From Lama guanicoe (lineage: Eukaryota), in NCBI GenBank assembly GCA_013239625.1, contig MU054187.1, forward strand, positions 248,001 through 312,000: a stretch of 64,000 nt of DNA, in the 5' to 3' direction. The notes beneath the pieces are model-generated. The model was not told the origin of the DNA, made no database searches, and worked only from the letters and a program-made list of their open reading frames with translations. Position numbers and translations under genes: made by a program. Shown here one piece after another: positions 50,858 through 63,040 of the stretch (position 1 is the stretch's first letter; every line of letters begins with the position of its first letter).

Positions 50858-51198
50858 CTTCAACAGTTGGGAACATATGAGGTGCCGTCCAGAATGCCCG
50901 CCAACTGTCCCCACAGGGTGCACCCTCGGGGGAGGAGATGCGCGGGGCTGCTGTCGGGCGTCCCCGGCAAGTCCCCAGCTGGCTCCCTGCACGCACTTTC
51001 GACCACAGACATGCACACTTTACTCTGGGTTGGTCGTGACTGACGCAGAAAGACAGTGAATGTTCCATCCAGTGAATTCCCACTCGCCAGCTCCGTGCAC
51101 TTGAGACCATCAGGGAAGTTAACTGTCCTGTCTTTGATGTCTGAGGAAGTGCCCCCAGGCCACCCACCCAGCCGTGGAGGCTGGTCCCCCACACTTAC

Positions 51199-51266
51199 CC
51201 GCTCGTCGAACCCCGCGATCCGTGCGTGGTACTCCGGCGCCGGCTTCCCTTGGCCGTCGTACTGCC
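51199..51266 (-). CDS. PRKDC: PRKDC exon (start of kinase N-lobe)
   Basis: gtccag|GG CAG TAC...GAG CGG|gtaagt, 68 nt. (G)[22 protein letters not shown]. Confidence 0.95.
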
Positions 51267-51833
51267 CTGGACAGACCACAGGAGCTGGGCTTGGACACTG
51301 CCTGTTACACACCCCACACTTTAAAACACACCTATCAATCTATGATGGTAACACTTTTTACTGAAAGTCTTCACTTCTAGAAAGTGGACTTCTGAAAAAA
51401 AGCTGTTATTTCTCAATCTGACTAACAGGAGTCAGCTTCCTACTCTGCTGGGGCAGACACACCAGATGCAGGAAAAATAGGGCTTGGAGCTGCCACCTTC
51501 CAGCAGAGTCAAGCTCGTATCAGGCGGCTCCGTTTTCAGTGTTTTCCTTGAAACTCACAGTATCTAATGCACAACTGTTAAAAATAGCAAAATGTTTCTT
51601 CAAATATGTTTTCTTATATCACTGGAATATGTCACCATATTAAAACATTTTTTGTCTGGCAAACTGCAGGGTGAAGACACAAAATGTGAAAATCACACTG
51701 TGTTCACGCCTGACCACCATGCTGTGTCTGTCCTGAGTGTCACCGTCCTTCCCTGCGTGAGCCATGTCTCGTCACCTTGTCGCTCCAGGTGGGACCAGCG
51801 TGCATCCCAGGAGGTGAGGGCACTACACTTGTG

Positions 51834-52113
51834 CAGGTGCACCTCGTTCCACTGCATGTCAGAGAGACCGCAGTTCTCACAAACTGAAGATCTGTAGCAC
51901 CCCTCAGTTGTCAGAAGATGGTTAGACTTTCTAGCAATAAATTATTCTTTAATTAGGGTACATATACTGTTCTCTTAGCCATAATGCTGCTGCACACTGA
52001 ACGGACTACAGTACAGTGTAGACATAACTTACATGCACTAGGAAACCACCTGCTTTAACCTGCTCTGTGGTGGTGGTTTAGAAGCAAACCCACAGTATCT
52101 CTGAGGCTGCCTG
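51834..52113 (+). mobile_element. Short Tigger1-derived MITE
   Basis: caggtgcacctcgtt...cacaaactgaag start and tatctctgaggctgcctg|ta end; similar to 4867-5339. Confidence 0.7.
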
Positions 52114-52424
52114 TATCTTATTTCTGAACAAAGGTTATTCAGGGTGGCGTGTGGGCAGTTTCAGAGGAAATCACCAGTTACCATTATTAGCAGATGGACA
52201 TCTGAGCACTTGTTATACTCAGAAATGTAAGCTAGACGTTTAGTGAGTGTACTACTCACAGCAATTACAGATTTTCCTAATGATGACAAACATGTGGAAT
52301 TTAAAATTCTTTTTAAAGCAAGAAAGAAACTGCCACAATGCCACGCTCTCGCTCCAAAATCGCCCTTTCTTGCTCCGGCACGACTCTGCTCCAGGCGCCC
52401 TCCATCCCCTGCAGGTTGGTTCAC

Positions 52425-52629
52425 CTGGGACCTCCAGCTCGTCTCTCAGGAAGTCCGCCTGGAAGCCACTCATCCAGGGTGAGCACTCCTGCAGGTTGCC
52501 GGGCACCCTCACGTCCCTGCGCATTTTGGCCAGCAGCGTGCGGGTAACAGCACCAAAGTCAGCAGGTGTCATGCTCTGGAGCTTGGAGCCTCCACTCCCA
52601 AAGTGTTTATCAAATTCTTTCCCAAAAGC
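52425..52629 (-). CDS. PRKDC: PRKDC exon (FRB-like)
   Basis: tttcag|GCT TTT...CCA G|gtgaac, 205 nt. [17 protein letters not shown]...[26 protein letters not shown]. Confidence 0.95.
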
Positions 52630-54456
52630 CTGAAATTAACAATAATTTACCTTAAATATTAACGGCTTGAAAGTCTGAAAAGGTTCTAGCCTTGTGAATA
52701 TTTATCACAAACAGGTACCCAGTTACACAGGTGTTTTTCCTGTGCTTTTAAGATGGACAGTTTCTCATTCCTTGAATGTTTCAGCGCACTGAAGCCCGCG
52801 GCCTGCCTACGGTTTGCTTCTCTGTGCCTCTCTGTGCCTCTGAAGACGGGCAGGACGGTGGTCAGCGTGACTTCCAGGCCCGAGTCCTAACAGGGACCTT
52901 AAACTCGGGAAAGCCCTTAACCCCTGTGTCCACTGCCCAGTCGCTGACCTGCACCACTATGGTAAGGGGTAACAAAGTACAGGATGAAGGGAGTAATCCC
53001 ACAGAAATGAACCTAAGACAAGACCCTTCCTTAATGAGGACTTTTCAAGTCGTTATTCTGGATCATAAACCAGCAGAAACATGATTTGGATAATTTATAA
53101 TTCTAGAAATTAAGAACTTAACCTTGGAACGTACCAAATTTTTACTAATGGCGACTGAATAGTTGTCAAAATTTACCTGATCAACTTCAATTAAAATTTT
53201 TTTCCAAATTTAGAATGAATCCCACGTCACAAACCTGGTTTAGACAATGCACCGTGGGAGAAGTGACCCGCATAACACACGGCTCCTCCCTGGCCTGCAG
53301 GTGGACCCAGTGTGCTGCTCGCTCACGCCCTGCTCCCTGGGCGGGGCTGCTGTGGGGCCCGGGATGTGTCATCAGGTGAAGTGCGTGCAGAGAGTTAGAG
53401 GTTTAGCTTCACTCTGGACACAGCCCTGGTCACATGCAGGCAACAGACAGCTCCTCCACTTGTCAGAACCGCCGGCTTACTCCTCAAGCTGAAGACGCCT
53501 GTCCCGGGGTCAGGGAGGGTCTAACTCGGGGCATGGTCTCCCCACAGAGCCCTATCCAGTGTCCCCTCCAGTGGGCAGGTGTCCCTTGAGGGTGAAAGGA
53601 CTTCCAGGATGGGGGACGACCCGGCCCAAAGCAGTGATGCCGAGAGGCCGGCCACACGTGGGCACCGCGTGCACGAATGCTGGGGGGAGGGGGCCTCCCT
53701 GCAGGGCGTGAACCAAAGGCAGCGCCGTGCACAGCCGGGTGGGCAGCTGGGCACTGAGGTCTGTCTGCACAAGGCCTCAGTGAGCCCAGAGGGACAAAGA
53801 CGCCCCTCTGCAGAGACCACAGGGCTGGGCGACTGCTCCCTTGAGCTCCTAAACTCCTTGAGGTTTGATGAAAAAAAAGGGAGTCTGGCCAAAACGGGAA
53901 AAAAGAAATCAGCGCGACGCAGCCGGGAGAGGTGCGCAGGCAGGGAGGGCCGCCCACTTCCCGGCTGGTGAGGGTGCAGGCAACGCAGGGCGGGAGACAG
54001 GACGGGCAAGGGGAGGAGGAGCCTGTCACATCCAGACCCCCAAACCGACGCCCTTGCCCTTGTCCTGGCCTGTCTACGCCACGGCAGCTATGCTGCAGTT
54101 TTGCAGTCAGTGCCCCGCAGGGTCAGGCCACCCTCCACCTCCTGGGTACCAGAGTGGGCCTTCGAAGAGGGACGCACTCACACGTGGTCATTAGCCTACA
54201 GCTAATACAGGTACCATCCTCATTCGACATCCAGATCCTTCCTATAACCTTCACACCTAAGAACCGGCCCACGGGGAGCAGAATGTAACACACCCCAAGG
54301 TCCCCTGGGGCCCACTTGCCACCATCTGACCCCAAATCAGCCATCAGCATCTAGTGGGCAGCAGGAATCTGAAGGAAGGTTACAAACTCAACGACACCTT
54401 CACACCAGAATCACCAGCAACCAGCAAACACGAACACCGGCCTGCATCATGCACAC

Positions 54457-54600
54457 CTGAACGAACTTCCTCCGAAAAGCCCCGAGGCCGGGAGCGTCCG
54501 GGTCCCCCAGGGCCGCACGCAGCTTCCCGTACATCTTCTCGATGTTCTCCTTATTGACAGGGTTTTTTTCCAGTTCAACTTTGACATCCTCAGTCCAGTC
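54457..54600 (-). CDS. PRKDC: PRKDC exon (FRB-like)
   Basis: gcacag|GAC TGG...GTT CAG|gtgtgc, 144 nt, after an 89-nt intron. [48 protein letters not shown]. Confidence 0.95.
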
Positions 54601-54689
54601 CTGTGCAGAAGAAAAGGAAGGTGAAGCCAGGCTGCAAGCAGGCCTACAAGGCTGCTCTACGCCGGACTGACCGGAAGCCGCCACACTAC

Positions 54690-54777
54690 CTTGAAGAGCA
54701 TCTCGGGGTCAGAGAGCTGGTCCAGGGCAGTAATGAAGTCCTGAACCACTCCCCTGCGGTCCAGCTTAACTTTAATC
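54690..54777 (-). CDS. PRKDC: PRKDC exon
   Basis: (t)n ag|G ATT AAA...TTC AAG|gtagtg, 88 nt. [29 protein letters not shown]. Confidence 0.95.
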
Positions 54778-55609
54778 CTAAAAAAAAAAAAAATTACCAA
54801 GTTTATGTGATCAAACTTCTTCCAAAGATCAAGGCCTGTGATTTTAGGTAGAGTTATGTTCATACACCGGACTGCACAGTCCAGAGACGGAGCAACTTAA
54901 AAATTCTACCCGAAACTGATGAAGCACCAAGCGTGTATTCTACTAAGAGGTGAAGTTCTTAGTAACAGTAAATCCTCCTGCGGACGATCCACGTTTTGGT
55001 GCGTACAGTCTGACTCTTAAATGTCTCTGAAGTTCTGTTACGAGAGAAAAGACCCCCTTCTGGACACACTTTCAGACCTTCCCCATTTTCCTTTTAAGGC
55101 ACTGGTTGCACTCAGCTGCCTCTGCTGAGACGGTGACGGGCAGGGCACTGCAGGGTGGACAGTGTGCACAGCCAGCCCTCCACGCCGGGACAGGCGCTGA
55201 GCCTTTCTCCACCCCGTCTGCTCAGGAGAACGAGGCCAGTCGGCTCTGGCCAGAGAAGGGCAGCTAAAACACTGTGCGTCCACCAGGCTCGCCTGCTCTG
55301 CCCCGGTCCCCATGCGAGCGTCACCCGCAGAAGTGATGGGACGGCCTCAGGGGCCTCCCTGAGCCCCAGCCAAGCGCTCCTCTCCGTCTGAACCGCAGGC
55401 CACTGAGGATGAGCGTCAGGGCAGGGCACTTCCTAGAGAAGGTTCTAAGGTGAAGTGTGTTTACCAAAGGGAAGAAATCCCACAGTGAATAACCCCCGGG
55501 GCAGAGGACCCCAGACCTGCCCTCGGATAAGGCACTCACTCCCCTGGCCTGCTGACCCCGCAGTCTTTATGGCCCTGTGGGGTCCCATCACCCTGACTCC
55601 TTGTATCAC

Positions 55610-55821
55610 CTTGCCACGAACTCCTCATTCTTCCGACCAGCCGCAGTGTCCTGGAAGGAGTAGCTTTCGCTGCTGATGATGAGCGGGTAGACGAGTGCCT
55701 GTGGGTAGTGGTCAGCGATGGCCTCCACGGGGTGCTGGACGGCCACAGCTTCCTCCTTGTCCAGCAGGGCCACCAAGTGGCTGACCCAGCCAATGAGCTG
55801 CCAGCAGGGGACGGACGAGAC
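55610..55821 (-). CDS. PRKDC: PRKDC exon (end of FAT)
   Basis: ttacag|GTC TCG...GCA AG|gtgata, 212 nt. [22 protein letters not shown]...[18 protein letters not shown]. Confidence 0.95.
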
Positions 55822-56712
55822 CTGTAACGGGGGGGCCTTTATCATCCTTTCCTCACAAAAGTGTTATATCTGAAATCAAAGTGCAGACATGTCTGCATCC
55901 AGAAGTACAGACACAGATGGAAGGGAGTCAGGCCTCCGCTGGCCGGCTGCTCTGGGCTGCACCTCGTTCCTTTTAACAACCGTACAGAACTCCATTTTCG
56001 TTCTAGTGTCTACAAGGAATTTTTAGGGTATTTTCCAATTTTTGCTACTACAAATAATATGACAGCGGACATCCCTAAGTGCGCCTCTCTGTGCTTGTGC
56101 CCACAGGGTAAATTCCTAAAAGTAAAAAGTAATTTGAACATTAACAATAGCAAAAAACATCGCTAGATTTCCCTCCAAGAAGATTTCTCAAATTTTCACT
56201 TCTAAAAGCATTAGATTGACTGCTTTCCAAAATCCTTGCCAGCACTGGACACAGCCCATCTTCAAGCTTTATCATCAACCTGAGAAGTGAAAGCTGACTT
56301 CCTCTGCATGTTCCGTCATTCCTCAGGCAGCACAGCCTGCGCCGCCTCTGACCGCCTTCTGCTGCTCGGTCTGCGTCCACGCTCTGTCTCTAGTATGGGT
56401 TGCAAATATTTTTCTCCAGTTTCTTTTACCTTTGCATATGTGGATTTTTTCATGATAGGATTAGATTGTTTTTCTTTACTGCTCCTGGATTTGTCTCTCT
56501 ACTCCATGACCGTTTTCCAGTTTTGCTCAGGTTTTCCTCCAGCACCTTTCCAGATGCTCCTCTCACAGTGGAACACGGGCCTCAGGAGTGAGCGCGGACA
56601 ACGCCTGCCATGGGGGGAGGATGGCCAGGGAGCCCCACGCACGGCCACTGCCGTCGGGCGTTTGGACATCAACCCGACAGGACATGTGTTTCCTCACACA
56701 CTCCAAGTGCTA

Positions 56713-56860
56713 TTTTAATTTTATATATATATATATGTATTTTTTTTTTGCTGTTTTTGGGGGGAGGTAATTAGGTTAGTTATTTGATGGAGGGACTGGG
56801 GCTTGAGCCCAGGACCTCGTACATGCTAAGCACACGCTCTACCCGAGCTATCCCCTCCCC
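56713..56860 (-). mobile_element. tRNA-derived SINE (Vic-1-like)
   Basis: ggggaggtaattagg...gagcccaggacctcgtacatgctaagcacacgctctac...agctatcccctcccc with a T/(TA)n tail. Confidence 0.88.
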
Positions 56861-57573
56861 ACTCAACACGCTGTTCTTCTTATATATAAATGTGACTTGG
56901 GGAAAACTGAAATCCTAACTTAAATATTTCTTTCCTTTTGTTTGAGAAAAACCCACGTATACTGCATTTTTGATTTTACTTTACTCTCCTGCTGAGGACC
57001 ACTGAAAACCCCACGGCTCCAGGCACGCGGAGGACTGCCTTCCAGAGCTCCGAGACCAGCGCGGCCTACAGACCTGTCATGCAAAGTAACCGAGCCTGTC
57101 ACCCTTCACACTACTACACTGTCGGCTCAGCCTGGCCCTGGTTTCCGGTTAAACACCCACAGAATCACCAAGGATCCTTCCAATGGCCCTGGGGGGAGAG
57201 GCGGGGGCCCTCGTGGGCCCGATGACGGGTTGGGCCCACCGGTGCCCCCTGAAACGTTCTCCTGCTCTCGCTGCTCAACAGTGACCGGAGCAAAAGGCAC
57301 ATGGGACATCACAGACACAGCTCAGCCCCGACGTCTGCCCGGAAGCAGCCCTCCTCCGTCTCCCAGGGTCCTGGCTCAGACGTCGCATTCTTACCAACAC
57401 CACACAGAACAGAACGGTGGGGAAGTGTGAACACTCCTCTATGCAGATTTAAATGACGTATGCTCTTGGCAGAGAGCGAAAATCAGTGGTCACTGCACAC
57501 CGTCTGTGTTTGGAGGCAAATAGGACCCTGTCTTTAAGCTGTCCCGTCCCCTTCCCGAGATGGAAGGACTGAC

Positions 57574-57734
57574 CTCTTCTGCCATCAGGCTCAGGGTCTC
57601 CTCCGGGTACCGCGCTATGATCTGCAGGAGCCTGGGGAACTTCAGCCTGGCCTCGCTGGAGTGTAACTTTAAAGCTTTCAGCATCCTGTCCACCACAAGG
57701 GCTGGGTATGTCCGCAGTGCTGCAGACTCAACAG
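57574..57734 (-). CDS. PRKDC: PRKDC exon (FAT)
   Basis: cggtag|CT GTT GAG...GAA GAG|gtcagt, 161 nt. [45 protein letters not shown]. Confidence 0.93.
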
Positions 57735-58250
57735 CTACCGGGCACAGGGAAGGAGACAGAACGGTCAACAAACCCACACAGACACGAATCACAGATTTAA
57801 CAGCGACCACATCTCCCCCTTTTGGCTTCTATTTTGTGGTCATCATTGTTCACTTTTTAACAACTACTTAAGCTCCACAAACACCAGACACACACTTTCA
57901 GGCTGGACAAAGATCACTCCTCCTGAAGCTGAACTCTTCACCAGGTACGCCTTCTGCACGAAGCTCAGATTTTTCCGGGGCTGGGAACGCAAGGGGCAGC
58001 TGCTGGTTACTGAATTTATTCCAGGAGCAAGAGGCAGACCATAGAAGCCAGTAAGGGCAAAGCTACAAGCAACACATGAACGTACTGCATTTAGCACGTG
58101 GAAGGACAGATAGCTCGACTCCCTTCGCGCACACACCACGCTGCTCAGCAACATCCTGCCTCTTCTCTCAGAACACGTGTCATTTAAGACAAACAAGAAG
58201 CCAGAAGGACTGGCAAAACTCCTAAGACTCTGCGCTAACACGACACTCAC

Positions 58251-58431
58251 CTGACGTGCCCTCCTCCTCCCTGCGGAGCTGCTGGTCACAGAAATCCACC
58301 AGCGTCATGTAAGCATCTGTCACCTCGGTTGCAGGCCCCTGGCCCCAGGTGGAAGGCCCGGCCTCCTCCTCAGCTGTCCGCGCGGCCTCAGAAAGGTGGT
58401 GGAACGCTCTCTGGTACAGACCCGCGATCAC
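58251..58431 (-). CDS. PRKDC: PRKDC exon (FAT)
   Basis: ttgcag|GTG ATC...TCA G|gtgagt, 181 nt. [23 protein letters not shown]...[22 protein letters not shown]. Confidence 0.95.
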
Positions 58432-59044
58432 CTGCAATCCAGAGACCCAGCGCCCTGTGAGAGGGCCTGACACTCTTGGAAGGGCTCTGCTTCCTGCCTG
58501 TGACCCATGGGCCGTAAATACACGAAAGCTGGCTATGCGCAGAAGCTAGGGCTGCCCAGCTGGGGTAGGCGAGAGGCCAGTGCGATTGCAGCCCTGAGAA
58601 CCACCCAGAAAGGGACCAGCCCAGTGTGGGCCCCACAGCCCCTTAGGAAGGGCTGGGGGCCCTGTGGAGGCAGGAGACACGGACACAGCTGAAGTGGGGC
58701 GCGCCCCAGCTGGGAGCGTCGGCACGGCCATCTGAGAAGAGCACACGAGGCCGGCACCAGTTAAAAAGCGGTAAAGGCCGGACTCCCCACACGGCATCGG
58801 CCCGGCTCAAGGGCAATTCCCCGGACAGATTCGTGGAAGAGCTGTCCACATCAATCCAACACAGGCTTCTCATTTTTCACACACACAAGAGATGGTATCA
58901 TTCAGATAAACAGGAAACACGTGGAGTGTGTCAACTTTCCAACAAGAAACTTGGCTGCGTTTAGCTGTCAAGTGCATTCTAAAAACACGAAGTGAGACGC
59001 AGCGCCTGCACGGCGGACAGTTGGGCCACACGCAGGGCCACTAC

Positions 59045-59235
59045 CTCCTGCGTGTCCTCGGAACCGCATGCAGAGAGCCCCACGACTCTCCTGGCCTCAC
59101 TCCCCTCCATCTCGGCCAGGCAGGCAGGCTCCCCACGGAGGGCGTCGGCCAGGATCCGGTACGCAGTGCCCAGGAGAACGTTCCGGCTGCGGAAAGTCTG
59201 GCCGTCTCTGCTTGAGAAGCTTGACGTGTTCTCAC
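59045..59235 (-). CDS. PRKDC: PRKDC exon (FAT)
   Basis: caacag|GT GAG AAC...CAG GAG|gtagtg, 191 nt. Contains RNVLLGTAYRILADALRGEPACLAE. Confidence 0.92.
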
Positions 59236-59468
59236 CTGTTGCATGAAACACACACACACACGACTTTTTCAGAAGTGAGTACTGTAATTTAAAAAGAAGG
59301 TATTCATAGCACAAAAATTGTTTTGTATTAAGAAACTAATAAAGTCTTGAAGGTTAAGAAACTAACTTCAGACACTGGTGAGGAAATTCCTGAATTCACT
59401 GATGACAGGTGTTCTCTGCCCACAGCAGTGACCAGAGTCCAGAGGCTCAACCATTACAACACTGAACA

Positions 59469-59620
59469 GGGGAGGGCACAGTTCAGTGGCAGAGCATGTG
59501 CTTATTAGCGTGCACAGGGTCCTGGGTTCAGTTCCCCAGTCCCTCCATTAAAAGATCATAATAAATACATAAACCTAATTACCCCACCAAAAAAAATACT
59601 TTAAAAAATTTTTTTAAATC
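59469..59620 (+). mobile_element. tRNA-derived SINE (Vic-1-like)
   Basis: ggggagggcacagttcagtggcagagc...gtcctgggttcag...aaacctaattacccc with an A-rich tail. Confidence 0.85.
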
Positions 59621-60435
59621 CCTGAAACTTTTATTTAAGCGTCATCCTGCATTTTGTCAAAACACCTCCCACTGTCACAGAGCCCACAAAGGCTCCCACG
59701 TGCTTGTGCGCACACGCTGGTAATCCCGCTTTTAAACTGACGTGTGGCCTTCAGCGAGACTGGCAGGCAGAGGTCCAGGACCACGTTCGACACCCAGCAA
59801 GCCCCACCGGCCACACTGCCCGCCCGCCTGTGGGCTGACCGTCCCCGGCCAGACACAGCCCTCGGACGCGTGATCATCGGGACCCCTGCTCGTTTCACAC
59901 GGCTGTTACCAACCACAGCCAACGACTCCCATGAGAACCGACTGTCCTCTTGACTCAGCAAACGCTCCTCCTCCCCCTTCCCAACGGCCGGATGCCTCTC
60001 CCATCCTGGGGTCCGCGTGGAAGGTGCGTCTCCGTCTGCACTGCAGGCAGGCTGACTCTGGCCCTCACAGCACCCGCCCCGCAGGATGGAGTCTGGGCCA
60101 GGCTGGGCACTCGCTCAGCGGGGCCTGCTGGGCAACCGGGACACACACACGAGACCTGGGCTCCCCCACACCCTCAGCTGTAAAGGCCACGTCGTCGCAG
60201 ACGGAGCACTGAGGAGGAAGAAGGCTTTCCTGGTACCTTTCTAGGCAGCTCTTGCATGTAAACAGAAAGTTCTCAGAATAATTAAACTGTAACACCCCAA
60301 GTCTGACTAAGTGTTAAAGAGAACATTTTTAACTTCCACTTCGTCTTACAGATAGAGAAGTAAGAGTTCCGAAAGCCTCTGGAGTCCAGGAGACAGGTGG
60401 ACACCAGCCACGGAAAGGGGCAGGGGCGGCCGTAC

Positions 60436-60610
60436 CCAGCAGGGAGACGGTCCTGAGCGCTGTGCGGACTTGCTCGGGGCGGCACTGGGCCCGGCTGCGG
60501 CTGTGGCTGAGCCGGCAGTAGCTCTGCGCCCACCTCGCCAGCCAGTCCTCCCGCGTCTTTGCCTCTCTGTGCAGCTCCTTCAGCAGTTTCATGGCAAGTG
60601 AGAAATTGCC
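60436..60610 (-). CDS. PRKDC: PRKDC exon (FAT)
   Basis: gtgcag|GGC AAT...CTG G|gtacgg, 175 nt. [58 protein letters not shown]. Confidence 0.94.
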
Positions 60611-60689
60611 CTGCACAGTACAGGAGAGAAAGTGATGGGGACAATTCAGAAGTAAAATCACGGCCCAGGACTCCCCACCGTTAAGTTAC

Positions 60690-61500
60690 TGGGTGTCTTT
60701 CTGCAAGTTGTGGGGACACAGCTCCCAGTCAGTGCAGCCCAGCGTCTTCAACACATTCACGCACTGAGCGACAACCACACCATCTGGTTCCAGAACCTTC
60801 TGCCCACAGGCGCTTGCCCCTCCCCCCACCCTCCCTGTGCCTCCAGACCCGCCGGTCACACTTCCTCCCAGGGCAGCAGCAGGTGCGCCGGTCCTGTGTC
60901 TGGTGGCGCGTCAGGGCTTCCCCCTCTCAGGGCTGAGTGCTGCTCTCCTGCACAGACACACACTGGATCTGCCATTCACCCACAGATAAACTCCCAGGCT
61001 GTTTCCACTTTTTGGCTATTTTGAATAATGCTCTTTTTGCTAATCTGAATGAAAATAAAGACTCCGTGTACAAACGTCTGTGTAGGTGCAGACCCAGGAG
61101 TGGCCCTGTGGGCACTGCCTGCCTGTCCGAGCAGCTCCATGCATCTCCACGGCCACCGTCCCCAGACCCCCGCACGCGGGACCCTCCCTCTGACCGCAGC
61201 CGTCCGGGTGGTGGGCCTGGCCGACGGCCTGCGGATTCTCCACCTGCTTGTGGACACTTGTGCGTCTTCTCGGGAGAAACGTCGATCCAGACGCTCGTCC
61301 GTTTCATGGCTGGGTTGTCTGACCTCCTGCTGTTTGGTGGCAGAGACTTCCTTGTGTCTTCTGAACCGCGTCAGGTCTGTGATGTCCACGTGACCCCTCC
61401 CCTCATCAGGTCCCTGCACCTGAGCGTCACCAGAGGCCCAGTTCTGAGCTTTACTGCGCAGTTTGTCTGTTTCATTTGGTGGTTGTTACTGGACGTCGTC
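60690..61500 (-). mobile_element. Old L1M 3'-end remnant, GC-shifted
   Basis: gtttccactttttggctattttgaataatgct motif and an ALFKIAKKWKQP remnant. Confidence 0.6.
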
Positions 61501-62850
61501 TGAATCGATGCCTCCAATTCTGCTTCCAAAGACGTTCTCCTCAGACCTGTGCCTTCCAGTGGCGGCCCAACCTCCTCCTCACCCCTAGCGCCTCTGTCTG
61601 GTTGTATCTCCTTCTTTAAGTGGACGCTTCACACCGTTTTCACGCCCACCAGCGCCCAGCTCGAGACTCATGGTGTCTGTCTCTCTGCTTAGCAGTCCGT
61701 CTCCCACACAGCCTCCACCGCAGCTGCGCTACTCAGAGACCTTCAGCAACCTCCCTCCTGGAGGCTCCAGGCCTCCGTTCCAGGCCACGTACGTACGTCA
61801 CAGTCCACCGCAAACCAGGATCAGGGAACAACCCTCTGCGCATGCAGACGCTGCTGTTCCCAGGGTCTCACATTCAGGGTTCTGTGTGACTGGACTCAGC
61901 ACCTTCCCCTCCTGCCATCCCGGATGCCTCCTCCTCCAGGGAGCCGCCCCCCTTCCTCCTCCACCCAGCAGTGGGGAGCACGAGTCACCTTTCCTTCTGA
62001 AGCCCCCTGCACCCCCACAGCCAAGCGCCCTGGACCACGGCCAGGCCTGCTGCACCCAGAGCTCATAAGATGGAAGGAGAAGTGGCCAGTGCTTCTGGAA
62101 GCAGCAGGACAGTTGGTGAGAAACTCTCTCACTACAGGAAGACAGGAAACAGCCATGGCTGTTTCCAGCTTCGAGGCGGGAGCTACACAGACTCACGAAG
62201 GAGGATCTGAGACAAGAGCACGTGGAGAGACAGACGGGGAGGAGCAGGTCCTCGGGAGCCCGACCCTCTGCCTTCCCGCAGGGACTGATGTGCTGCTCTG
62301 GGCTGAAATGCACAGATTCCTGGCACAACACCCGCCTCAAGGAAAATCCTACAAATGAGCGTTTAAACCCACAACACAGAAACAGTCATTATTTCCACTA
62401 GAGTAACATTCTGTGCCGTACAGTCGCCATCAGTGTAGGGTCACTGGAGGAGCAAGCTCCCCCGGAACATTCTAAGAGGGTTTAACTACATGAAAAACAG
62501 TTTAATACACCAGACAGTTTATGTGCAACTTTTAAGCAAAGCACACTTATATCAAGAAGGGAATCTTATCAAATGATACACTTCCACAAACTAAAGCTAA
62601 ACACAATTTATACCTAACTGGTGAGCATTCACTTACCAAACCTGGTACTAGGTTTTCTTTCTAAGTAACAGGAAACAATCACTGTGAAGTGGTTAATAGG
62701 TAGACGATAAACTCTTAGAGGCTCTCTGTAAAATTTGAAGTGTTTCCTCAAGTTCACTTTCCCATAAAGGCAGCACGCGGACTGCGCAGCTGTCCCTGGC
62801 CTGACGGAAGGACACTGAAGCCCTGGCCCAGCGGAGGACAGAGGGCCCAC

Positions 62851-63040
62851 CTGCTCGCCCGCGCTCTCCGCCATCCTCATCCTCATGGAGAACCTGCAGC
62901 CGGCGATCAGGGACCACACATCTCCAGCCGGGGCCTGCACGTCCACCTCTTCCCCAGAGCCCCCGTCTCCGCCCGCGTTCACACCACCGTCGTCTGGAAG
63001 AAGACTAAGCTTCTCCTCTATTTTGCTGAGAAAGAAACAT
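62851..63040 (-). CDS. PRKDC: PRKDC exon, first in window (FAT domain, from human-equivalent C3187)
   Basis: tgtgtag|A TGT TTC...GAG CAG|gtgggc, 190 nt. CFFLSKIEEKLSLLPDDGGVNAGGDGGSGEEVDVQAPAGDVWSLIAGCRFSMRMRMAESAGEQ. Confidence 0.93.

Noticed and set aside
53484..54288. Cluster of 100-180 aa overlapping ORFs in GC-rich PRKDC introns (also 60937-62358)
   Set aside because: Present in several frames on both strands with no motifs; explained by high GC content.
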